NCBI GenBank assembly: GCA_964631965.1
Contig: CAZWAR010000003.1
Span: 2,064-66,063 of the forward strand
Origin: an uncultured Gaiellales bacterium
Lineage (GTDB): Bacteria; Actinomycetota; Thermoleophilia; RBG-16-64-13
Length of the DNA: 64,000 nt
Direction of reading: 5' to 3'
In this document: positions 31,476 to 39,695 of the stretch, in pieces
Layout: each line of letters opens with the position of its first letter
Position numbering within the stretch: position 1 is the first letter of the stretch
Notes under the pieces: generated by a model
Database searches by the model: none
What the model was told of the DNA's origin: nothing
Seen by the model: only the letters and a program-made list of their open reading frames with translations
Position numbers and translations under genes: made by a program

Positions 31476-32252
31476 CTAGAAGTAGAGGTCGACACCCCGC
31501 CCCTCCTCCATCCACCACCATTGCCATTGACCGCCGAGCGCCGCCCCGGCCCAGCCTGACACCGGCGGATCCGCGGTGAAGACCAAGCCTGGCGGATGCG
31601 CCATGACCGGCTCCGATCCCCAGGAGACGTGCATGGCGGACGTGCCCGCCTGGGGGCGATGGACCACCACGGCCGGACTGAACGAGGGCAACCCTGCCGA
31701 GACGTTCGCTGCCGGTGGGCCTCCGGTGGGAGCGGGGACGACCGACCGCCGGGGCGGCCCCCAGATTCCATCGCCGGTTCGGACCCGGGCGATCACTTCG
31801 TCGCCTTCGAGCCCTGTCCACTTCCAAGGTTCTATCCGCGTCTCTCCAGGCAGGTCGGGTTCGGCGCTCGCGTCGAGCACGGGCGTCTCCAGGAGGAGGA
31901 GCCCGTCCGCCCATATGCCCAGCGTGGCCTCCGATGTCGACGAACACGCCCCGGGCGCGGTGCTCACATGTAGAACCGGCCCCGGACCCCACCAAGCCCC
32001 AGCCACTCTGGGGCCCCACTCCCAGGCCGCGGCCGTAGCGGGTGCCCAGGCCGCGGACTGAGCGCCGGCAGCCTGTCTCGCCAATCGAGACCGTTCGACC
32101 ACACCGGCGAACGCTGTGAAGAGAGGAACCACCAGGATCCCTACGAGCGCAACGGCCGCGATGACCTCCAAGAGTATGAAGCCGTCTCGCAACCGCAGGA
32201 GGCGTCGCAGGGTGCGCGCTCGCCTCCTTTTCACTGCGCCGCCTCCTCGCAA
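31476..32252 (-). CDS. Prepilin-type pseudopilin
   Basis: ...LRDG|FILLEVIAAVALVGILV prepilin motif; 258 aa. Confidence 0.65.
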   Translation of the reverse strand: MRGGGAVKRRRARTLRRLLRLRDGFILLEVIAAVALVGILVVPLFTAFAGVVERSRLARQAAGAQSAAWAPATAAAWEWGPRVAGAWWGPGPVLHVSTAPGACSSTSEATLGIWADGLLLLETPVLDASAEPDLPGETRIEPWKWTGLEGDEVIARVRTGDGIWGPPRRSVVPAPTGGPPAANVSAGLPSFSPAVVVHRPQAGTSAMHVSWGSEPVMAHPPGLVFTADPPVSGWAGAALGGQWQWWWMEEGRGVDLYF

Positions 32253-32761
32253 GACCTCCTGGTGAGGCCACTCTCCAGACGCACCGTGACCCGGTAGTCG
32301 TCGCCCGGAGCTTTGAAGTAGACGGAGCCGGCCGCATTGGGATGACCGGAGAGAGCGGCAAAGACGACGATCACCCCCTGGGCGGTCCGCCAGCGGGGAA
32401 CGTTTGCGACCTCGGCCACTGGGGGAACGGCGCTCCCGAGGTCCCAGCTGCTGCCACCCGGGTCCGCCGCTACGGCCAGGCCGGCGGGTGACGATTCGAG
32501 GACTTCATTCGTCCCCTGCCACACTGCTCCGGTTTGGGCGCACGCTGCCGCCACCTGCCATATCTGGGCTCCGCCCCTTGCCTCCACCGTCTCGATACCC
32601 CGGGGCAGCAGCACCAGCCCGATTGCGAGACAGATCCCCAGTAGTACGAGGACGACCAGCAGCTCGACGAGCGAGTGCCCCGATTGTCCGGAAACTACCG
32701 GGTGGGCGGAGGCTGGATGAGCGGCCCGCGAGCGAAGCCTTGAGTGCGTCCCACTTTGCAT
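32231..32761 (-). CDS. Prepilin-type pseudopilin (GspH-like position)
   Basis: ...SGQSG|HSLVELLVVLVLLGI (G-1, E+5). The N-terminal extent is uncertain. Confidence 0.6.
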   Translation of the reverse strand: MQSGTHSRLRSRAAHPASAHPVVSGQSGHSLVELLVVLVLLGICLAIGLVLLPRGIETVEARGGAQIWQVAAACAQTGAVWQGTNEVLESSPAGLAVAADPGGSSWDLGSAVPPVAEVANVPRWRTAQGVIVVFAALSGHPNAAGSVYFKAPGDDYRVTVRLESGLTRRSCEEAAQ

Positions 32762-32834
32762 GGGCCAAGGCTACTGGGGGTTCGGCCGATCAGAGATCGG
32801 ACCTTAGTCTGGCGCTGGCGGAGGAGGCACGTGA

Positions 32835-32865
32835 GGCCGGCGGCGCTCGCACGAGCGCCCGGCCT
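32835..32865 (-). terminator. GC-rich hairpin downstream of pilin gene 1 (candidate attenuating terminator between major pilin and pseudopilins)
   Basis: ggccgg-gcgctcg-tgc-gagcgc-cgccggcc inverted repeat 70 nt after the pilin stop. Confidence 0.4.
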
Positions 32866-32933
32866 GCCGAACGAGCAGACCAGGGCGGACCCGGCCTCCG
32901 CCTTCTCCGACAATACTCAGAATCTGCGGTCGG

Positions 32934-33479
32934 CTACCAGCCTAGTCCCGCAGTCCCCTCGATGACCTTCACCTTCACGTAGCCGCTCTCAGAAACGTTC
33001 AGCGCGTTGACCTGGATGCCGAACATGTTACCGCTCTCGCTCTTGCACGCCAGGTCGACGATATCCCCCGACTCTGGGTAGTACTCCACCTGGTTTGCCG
33101 CCGCGTCGGCGGTTAGCGCGTCGCTTATCCAGGCCGGTTCCGTGCTCACCAGATCATCGTCGGCCCGAATGAAATCGATACTCGGCTCGATGGCGTGAAG
33201 ATCGTCCGCTTCGATCAGTGTGTAGTCGTTTGTATCGACGAAAGCGCCCTGGATCGCGGTGAGAGAGTTTCGAACCAGCGAGTAGGCCGCTGCGTCCTGG
33301 GCGTGCTGGCGCTGCCCCATGAAGGTGGGGATGGCAATGGTGGCCAACACGGCGATGATGATGATGACGACCAGCAGTTCGATGAGCGTGAACCCGGCCG
33401 CGGCGTGACTCCCGACTCGGAGACTCCGCAGCATCCGCTGCCAGCGCCTGTTCCACATTATCTTCTCGATGGTCTTCAT
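32934..33479 (-). CDS. Type IV pilin (PilA-like major pilin), paralog 1
   Basis: ...AAAG|FTLIELLVVIIIIAVLATIAIPTFMGQRQ; C-terminus ...GTAGLGW. Confidence 0.8.
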   Translation of the reverse strand: MKTIEKIMWNRRWQRMLRSLRVGSHAAAGFTLIELLVVIIIIAVLATIAIPTFMGQRQHAQDAAAYSLVRNSLTAIQGAFVDTNDYTLIEADDLHAIEPSIDFIRADDDLVSTEPAWISDALTADAAANQVEYYPESGDIVDLACKSESGNMFGIQVNALNVSESGYVKVKVIEGTAGLGW

Positions 33480-33513
33480 GAGCCGCGCCCTCCTTCTGCG
33501 GCTTGATAGTATG

Positions 33514-34158
33514 TCAGGACGTGCTAGGGGTCGTGTTGTTCAAGTCCAGGGTGAGCCCCGATGCCGCAGCTATCCGACGCAACTCGTCCACTTCTCCCGC
33601 TCTTCCCTGCCGCTCGAGGAGCGAGATCAATACCACATAGGCGTGGGGATAGGAGCTGTCAGTCACCAGTGCCCTTCGCAAGCTGGCCTCAGCCGATTCT
33701 TCTTCTCCGGCGGATAACTGGGCCGAGCCCAAGAAGCTGAGATACTGAGCCGTGGGCTGGAGCCGACACGCTTCCTCGAATACCTGCACGGCTTTCCCGG
33801 CCTGCTCTTGGTGGTTCAGATAGTTGAACCCCAGTTCCACCCTGATCTGGGCTTCTCCGGGGTCCATCTCCACAGCCTTCTCCTGGACGGGAAGCGCTTC
33901 ATCCCACCGACGCTGAACGTACAGCACGGCGGCGAGAGCTTTCGTGGCAGAGACATCATCGGGATGCGCCGCCACGCATTGCTGGTAGAGCTTCGCGGCT
34001 GCGGCGAGATCCCCGGACTCCATCGCCTTCCCGGCTTGAGAAAGCGTACCGGAGCAGCTCGCCAGGGCGACGGCCAGCAGCACGAACGAGACCATGGATA
34101 CCCAGCGGGTGATGGTCGCTCTGTGGTTTGTGTCTGCCCGGTCGGGTCTTTCCTGCAT
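33514..34158 (-). CDS. TPR-repeat lipoprotein
   Basis: 214 aa with a signal peptide and lipobox (ALASCSG) and TPR-like repeats. Located between the two pilin paralogs. Confidence 0.65.
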   Translation of the reverse strand: MQERPDRADTNHRATITRWVSMVSFVLLAVALASCSGTLSQAGKAMESGDLAAAAKLYQQCVAAHPDDVSATKALAAVLYVQRRWDEALPVQEKAVEMDPGEAQIRVELGFNYLNHQEQAGKAVQVFEEACRLQPTAQYLSFLGSAQLSAGEEESAEASLRRALVTDSSYPHAYVVLISLLERQGRAGEVDELRRIAAASGLTLDLNNTTPSTS

Positions 34159-34236
34159 CTGCGACTCCTAGCGAACTCCGGACTGGATACCACCGTTCTT
34201 GGTGACGTTCGCAGCCAGAGCAGTTACTTGTCCTCT

Positions 34237-34274
34237 AGCGAAATGGGGCCCCACAGATGGGGCCCCATTTCGCT
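34237..34274 (-). terminator. Perfect 16-bp-stem palindrome downstream of pilin gene 2
   Basis: agcgaaatggggcccc-acagat-ggggccccatttcgct begins 19 nt after the pilin-2 stop. Confidence 0.5.
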
Positions 34275-34292
34275 CAGGTTTCGTCTTGATGA

Positions 34293-34775
34293 TTACCAGC
34301 CGGCGCTGGTGTCGCCGTCGATGGTCTTGACAAAGGTCGTCGAGCCTCCGGCGCCCTTGTCGGTCACCACGCCGAACACGTTGCCGGATTCGCTAGCGGT
34401 CGCGATCTCGAAAGTGGTGCCATCGCCGAAGAAGTCCACGGCAGCGTCGGTAGCCACCTGGGTCGCAGCCACGGCCGGCGTATCCGCGCAGACGCCGCCG
34501 TCGGCGTCTTTGACGAATTCAATCGACGGCTCGATAGCGTTGAGCTCGTCGCCGGTCACATCATACGTGCGGGAGTCGACATAGGCGGATTCCAGGGCGG
34601 TCATGGCATTGCGGACGAGTGATTTAGCAGCTGCGTCCTGGGCTTTCTGACGCTGGCCCAGGAAGGTCGGGATGGCGATCGCCGCCAGGATGGCGATGAT
34701 GATGATCACCACCAGGAGTTCGATGAGGGTGAAACCTTTTTCGCCCTTCATCCTTTTGTGGATCTTCATGAACAT
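34293..34775 (-). CDS. Type IV pilin (PilA-like major pilin), paralog 2
   Basis: MFMKIHKRMKGEKG|FTLIELLVVIIIIAILAAIAIPTFLGQRQ...SAGW. GGAGGAGGA Shine-Dalgarno 8 nt upstream of the start. Confidence 0.8.
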   Translation of the reverse strand: MFMKIHKRMKGEKGFTLIELLVVIIIIAILAAIAIPTFLGQRQKAQDAAAKSLVRNAMTALESAYVDSRTYDVTGDELNAIEPSIEFVKDADGGVCADTPAVAATQVATDAAVDFFGDGTTFEIATASESGNVFGVVTDKGAGGSTTFVKTIDGDTSAGW

Positions 34776-35312
34776 CGTGTGTGTTCCTCCTCCTGTTTGT
34801 TCGCGGACTCTTTTTGTTTGAGACCGCGAACCTTTCGCGGCCCAGCACGCCAGGTGTGACGTACCGCTTTCTTCATCGGCCAGTGTGGGGCAGGACTTTA
34901 GGGTTTCTTTTGCGACTTTGGTGCAATTTTGGCGCGGCTGTCTACTGAGAGCTCGCACACGCACGTCGAACGCGCCCTATATGGACCATTCGAAGCCCCG
35001 AACGGCACCTCGGCCTAAAGGCCCAACCCGCGCCTGCCGATACTCCTGACAGGACTAGAACGGGGGTCAACGTGGTCCCGGCCGAGTCTTCTCGGATCCC
35101 TCCTCCAGAGAGGGTCATTCATCCGCCATGCGGCCGAAACCTCAAGGCTTGTGCGGTTCTGCCGATACACATGGAGAACCCATCGAGGGAGGCACCGAGG
35201 CATGAATGCTTCAGCGCTCAGGTATAGGATCGGTCCGGCCAGATCCTCAGATGATCGCCCGTGTCCAGACGCGCGCCGTCGCGGAACCGGAGACCGGCAC
35301 CGCCTGCGCGAG

Positions 35313-36881
35313 ATGGTTGGACGCACTCGAGGCTTCACCGTAGTCGAGGTGCTGGTCGCGGGTCTGGTGCTCGTGGTCGGCCTCATCTTCATCGCCCACT
35401 TCTTCACGGCCTCGGCCATGCGCGTGCTCGCCTCCGACACCCGGTCGGTCATGGCTCAGATCGCCACCGAGGAAATCGAGACGATCCGCGGTCTGCAGTA
35501 CCAGGACATCGGCACGGTCGGCGGCCACCCGCCCGGGCAACTCGCAGCCGTCGAGACCGTCAACAGGGAAGGGAGCGACTTCGAGATCCAGCGAGACATC
35601 ACTTACTTCGAGGACGACGCGTACTCCGGGCCGTATCCGGCCAACTACCGCCGGGTCACAGTCACCGTTACCGCGCTCGATAGCGACGCTCTCGACCCCG
35701 TCGTCATGACTACGAACATCGCGGGTGGTGCGAAAGGAGGCACCCTCGACATCACCGTCACCGATCTGAGCGGTCAGGGCCTGCCGGACGCTCCCCTCGT
35801 CATCTCGGACAACCTGCTGGTCCCCCACGTCTTGATAAACGCCCCCACCATCCGCACCGACGGAACCGGCCATCTCCAGGTGCCCGGCTTGACCGAGGAC
35901 CCCAACGGCGGCTATTTCGTCAGCGCGAGTTACCCGGGCTACAACAGCGCAGCCCTGGAACAAGGGGTAGTCGTCGCGACGGGCCAGACCACGGTGGTCC
36001 AACTGATCATGGACAGGCTTGCGACCATGCACATCCACCTGACGGACCAGTATGGCACCGCCCTCTCAGGGGTCCCTCTCCGGGTCACGGGATTCCTGTC
36101 CGTTAGCCCATGGACCTTTGAGCAGACAGTCACCACCGATAGCAGCGGCAATGCCACACTCGAGGACATCCGGTTCTCGACCTCTCTCGAGCCGTACTTC
36201 ATCGAGCTCGTCACACCGCACAATCCGCCGCTGGCTCTGCCCACCGGCGTGAGCGCGCCTGCCATCGATTCCAGCTTCCTGCCTCTCCCGGACGGTAAGA
36301 TCCCGGTAATCCTCGATCCCGGTCAGACCCAAACTGTCAACCTCGTCGTATCCACCGGTCCTGCCGTCACTTCCGTAAGTCCGGCCAGCGGCGGCCCGTC
36401 CGGCGGCACCACAGTTGTCATCAACGGTGCGAACTTCAATGGAGCCACCGCAGTCAAGTTCGGCAGTACCGACGCGGCCAGCTTCGTCGTCGACTCCGCT
36501 GCCCGCATCACTGCGGTCTCTCCGGCAGGCTCCGGCACCGTAGACATCACCGTGACCACACCCAACGGCACTTCGGCCCAGGTCGCGGCCGACCAGTACA
36601 CCTACGTGTCGCTTCTTCCCCCAACGGTGCAAGCTGTGAGCCCCAGCAGTGGCTACCGGGGTGGCGGCACGACGGTAGTCATCACCGGCACGAACTTCGT
36701 CAACGTGACCAAAGTGCAGTTCGGATACCGGGATGCGGACAGCTTCATCGTCGAGTCCAGTACGACGATCCGGGCCGTCACACCTTCGGGCTGGGGCACT
36801 GTCGACGTGACCGTCACCAATTCGGCGGGGGCCTCAGATACCTGGTGGGGCGACTGGTTCACATACACCTGGCGCAGGTAG
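35313..36881 (+). CDS. Modular prepilin-type protein with beta-sandwich and two C-terminal IPT/TIG domains (putative pilus adhesin / minor pilin)
   Basis: MVGRTRG|FTVVEVLVAGLVLVVGLIF prepilin leader; internal PEGA/CarboxypepD_reg-like segments; two IPT-like repeats (PAVTSVSPASGGPSGGTTVVINGANF..., PTVQAVSPSSGYRGGGTTVVITGTNF...). Confidence 0.7.
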   Translation: MVGRTRGFTVVEVLVAGLVLVVGLIFIAHFFTASAMRVLASDTRSVMAQIATEEIETIRGLQYQDIGTVGGHPPGQLAAVETVNREGSDFEIQRDITYFEDDAYSGPYPANYRRVTVTVTALDSDALDPVVMTTNIAGGAKGGTLDITVTDLSGQGLPDAPLVISDNLLVPHVLINAPTIRTDGTGHLQVPGLTEDPNGGYFVSASYPGYNSAALEQGVVVATGQTTVVQLIMDRLATMHIHLTDQYGTALSGVPLRVTGFLSVSPWTFEQTVTTDSSGNATLEDIRFSTSLEPYFIELVTPHNPPLALPTGVSAPAIDSSFLPLPDGKIPVILDPGQTQTVNLVVSTGPAVTSVSPASGGPSGGTTVVINGANFNGATAVKFGSTDAASFVVDSAARITAVSPAGSGTVDITVTTPNGTSAQVAADQYTYVSLLPPTVQAVSPSSGYRGGGTTVVITGTNFVNVTKVQFGYRDADSFIVESSTTIRAVTPSGWGTVDVTVTNSAGASDTWWGDWFTYTWRR

Positions 36882-36885
36882 AGCT

Positions 36886-37596
36886 ATGAACAACAAGACA
36901 ATCTCATCGAAGGCCCGCTTCTGGCTCTCGCTACGGAGCCCCAGAGGATTCACGCTGATCGAACTGCTGGTGGTCTGCCTGACCGCGGGCATCCTGGGTA
37001 TGGCCATCCTAGGCGTATACGAGAGCGTCATGCGCTCGTGGGCCGACACCAGCCACCGCATCGTCAACCAGGACGACGCGCGCTACGCCATCAACGAGAT
37101 CGCCCGCTACCTCCGCATGGCTGAGTCCTCGGCCTCCAACCTCTCGTCCCAGTCGGACGCAATCGCTACGGCCACGGCGAGCGAGCTCGTCTTCTACGCC
37201 GATATCAACGGCGATGGACTGGCCGAGAAGTGCCGGTACTACCTGGATGGTACGACTCTCCGGCTGGCCACCCTTCCCCCGGATACCTCCGACAGCCCGC
37301 CTACCTACCCCACTGAGTACGTCACCGACGGAGTCGTCATCATGCAGGGCATCCAGGACCCCAATCTGTTTACGTACTACAGGCTGAACCCGGCATACGC
37401 CCTCAATCCCATACCGGAGAATGACACCCTGGAACAGGTGGTCAATCCCGCTTCAGCGGCCGATCTGCGGAGCATTGTCGCCGTCGACATCCGTCTTCGG
37501 GTGAACGAGACTCCCGGCTTGCCGAAGGCCAATGTGGCCTTGGACACCCGTGTCCAGATCCGCCAGCGCTACAACGGAGGTCTCAGTGGAGTCTAG
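36886..37596 (+). CDS. PilW-like minor pilin (prepilin-type)
   Basis: ...SPRG|FTLIELLVVCLTAGILGMAILG; 236 aa. Confidence 0.65.
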   Translation: MNNKTISSKARFWLSLRSPRGFTLIELLVVCLTAGILGMAILGVYESVMRSWADTSHRIVNQDDARYAINEIARYLRMAESSASNLSSQSDAIATATASELVFYADINGDGLAEKCRYYLDGTTLRLATLPPDTSDSPPTYPTEYVTDGVVIMQGIQDPNLFTYYRLNPAYALNPIPENDTLEQVVNPASAADLRSIVAVDIRLRVNETPGLPKANVALDTRVQIRQRYNGGLSGV

Positions 37597-39139
37597 ATCT
37601 CGCACCATCGGCCGTCTACCGGGTCGCCTCGGCCTGCGACTGCAGAGCGAGCGCGGTTACGTGTTGATCCTCGCCATGCTGGTGTTGGTAGCCATCGGTA
37701 TGGCCTCGGCCGCCCTGCTCTCGGCGATATCCGTGAACCAGCAGCACGTGTCCCGCGACCGGTCCTACTCGCAGTCGCTCACTGTGGCGGAAGCGGGCTT
37801 GAACCAGTACCTCTGGATGGTGGCGAGCGGAGAAAGCTCGCGCAGCAACGGTTTCGCCATCGCCGGCAACACCGAGGCCGATGACCCCTTGTTCAAGGAA
37901 TTCGAGTTCAACGACATCCACGATGCCTCGGTCAAGGGTGTGTACGCCACGCAGGTGTCCCCTCCCAGCGCAACGAACCCGAACGTGACCGTGACGGTCA
38001 CCGGGCAGGCGACCTCGCCCATGGACACTCCGAGAACCGTCACTGCTTCTCTCGGGCGTCCCTCGTTCAGCCAATACCTGCTGCTCACCAACGACGAGGT
38101 CTGGATCGGTGGGCCGCTCGATCGCGTCTGGCACGGCAAGACCTTCTCGAACACCGGCATCTGTGTGGACACGGCCAACCTCGTCGAGACGATGTCCTGT
38201 TCCAGGGCCACGTATTCCAGCAGCATGTTCGGAGGCACTCGCAACGGCGTCTGGTCGGGCTACCTGTATACAGTCCCCCTCAACGATCCTTCCCGGGCGC
38301 TGTGGCAGTTCCCCGTGCCGGCCATCAGCTTCTCGACGGTGACCTCGGACTTCGTCAATCTGAACAGCCTGGCCGTAGGCAACGGGGTGAACCTACCGTA
38401 CTCAACAAGTACTTCGCACGGAGAAACCCAGGGTTGGTATATCAAGCTCCTACCGGACGAGAAGTACCAGATCAAGCGAGTGACCGCGGAAAGTGAGTCG
38501 ACGGGCGGGAGCGGCGGCAGCCTCAGCTACGTGAACCCCAGTTCCCCGGTTCCGAGCACGATTCTTAGCTACCCGACCAACGGCGTCATCTACGTGAACG
38601 ACAATGTGTGGGTGGAGGGCACCGACATCGATGGGCGCATCACCATCGCCAGTTCCGGGCAGCTCAACCCAACCGGCAAGAACTCGGCCACCTCCATCCA
38701 CATCGTGGGCAACCTCACCTACTCCCACAAGGATGGCACGGTCGCCGTGGGCCTCATCGCTCAGAACGACATCGAGATACCCCGATACGCGCCTTTGGGA
38801 GCGGGCGGTTCCGTCTCCCTGCAGGACATGGAGATCGACGCCGCGCTCATCGCGCAGCAGGGCAGAGAGTCCTGCAACGCGGCCGATTCGCTCAACAACG
38901 CATACGGGCCCGTCCGCGACATGCTCACCATCTACGGTTCGGTCAGCTCGTACCACACGCCCTATCGCAGCACGGTCAACAACTACGGTACGACCCTGGG
39001 CGGCTTCGCCAACGGCACGAACACGTACGACCCCTGGCTGCTGAACGACCCGCCGCCGTACTTCCCCACGGTCGGGAGCTACCAGATCCTGAACTGGCAG
39101 GAGTTGCCCAATACCCAGTCGGTGCTTCCCAGCCCATGA
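37586..39139 (+). CDS. PilX-like minor pilin with large C-terminal beta-helix-like domain
   Basis: GTG start after a GGAGG Shine-Dalgarno. PilX_N-like segment ERGYVLILAMLVLVAIGMASAALLSA...LTVAEAGLNQ. C-terminal repeated VxVxGxxIxGxI strands. Confidence 0.6.
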   Translation: MESRSRTIGRLPGRLGLRLQSERGYVLILAMLVLVAIGMASAALLSAISVNQQHVSRDRSYSQSLTVAEAGLNQYLWMVASGESSRSNGFAIAGNTEADDPLFKEFEFNDIHDASVKGVYATQVSPPSATNPNVTVTVTGQATSPMDTPRTVTASLGRPSFSQYLLLTNDEVWIGGPLDRVWHGKTFSNTGICVDTANLVETMSCSRATYSSSMFGGTRNGVWSGYLYTVPLNDPSRALWQFPVPAISFSTVTSDFVNLNSLAVGNGVNLPYSTSTSHGETQGWYIKLLPDEKYQIKRVTAESESTGGSGGSLSYVNPSSPVPSTILSYPTNGVIYVNDNVWVEGTDIDGRITIASSGQLNPTGKNSATSIHIVGNLTYSHKDGTVAVGLIAQNDIEIPRYAPLGAGGSVSLQDMEIDAALIAQQGRESCNAADSLNNAYGPVRDMLTIYGSVSSYHTPYRSTVNNYGTTLGGFANGTNTYDPWLLNDPPPYFPTVGSYQILNWQELPNTQSVLPSP

Positions 39140-39188
39140 GAGCCCCGGACGGGCCGCGGCGCCGTCTGGCTCCTTGGCTGCCTGCCGC

Positions 39189-39617
39189 TCAACGACCGCT
39201 GCTACCGAAGCCTCCCTGGCCCCTGCTGGTGTCGCCGAGTTCGTCCACGGCGAGATAATCGGGCTCTTCCACCTTCTGGATCACGAGTTGCGCGATCCGC
39301 TCCCCTACGGCGACCGTGAACGGTGCGGCTCCTGAATTGTAGAGCGACACTCGCACCTCGCCACGGTATCCGGCGTCGATCAGACCGGGGGAGTTCGTCA
39401 GCATGATGCCGTGCTTGAAGGCCAGCCCGGAGCGGGGTTGCACGAACCCCCCATAGCCCTCCGGGATGGCCAGAGCGATGCCCGTGCCCACCTCCCGGCG
39501 CTCGCCCGAGGGGATGGTCACCTCCTCCACCGCGAAGAGATCCGCACCGGCGTCGCCCGGATGGGCCCGGCGAGGTAGCTGAGCCTGCGGGTGGAGCAGG
39601 CGGACCCAGAGTTCCAC
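39189..39617 (-). CDS. dut: dUTP diphosphatase
   Basis: 142 aa; GDAGADLF, RSGLAFKHG and GLIDAGYRGEV motifs. Confidence 0.9.
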   Translation of the reverse strand: MELWVRLLHPQAQLPRRAHPGDAGADLFAVEEVTIPSGERREVGTGIALAIPEGYGGFVQPRSGLAFKHGIMLTNSPGLIDAGYRGEVRVSLYNSGAAPFTVAVGERIAQLVIQKVEEPDYLAVDELGDTSRGQGGFGSSGR

Positions 39618-39695
39618 CTCAGCCCCTCCCGTGCGGAGAACCGACCTCGGGGCCTGCCGTGAGCCGCGTTGATGCCGACGTTGCCGAATGCCCCA

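Noticed and set aside
34776-35312. Sigma-54 (-24 TGGCAC / -12 TTGC) promoter for the pilin genes
   Set aside because: I scanned both strands of the divergent region. The nearest candidates (GCGCCAAAATTGCAC) do not fit the GG-N10-GC spacing.
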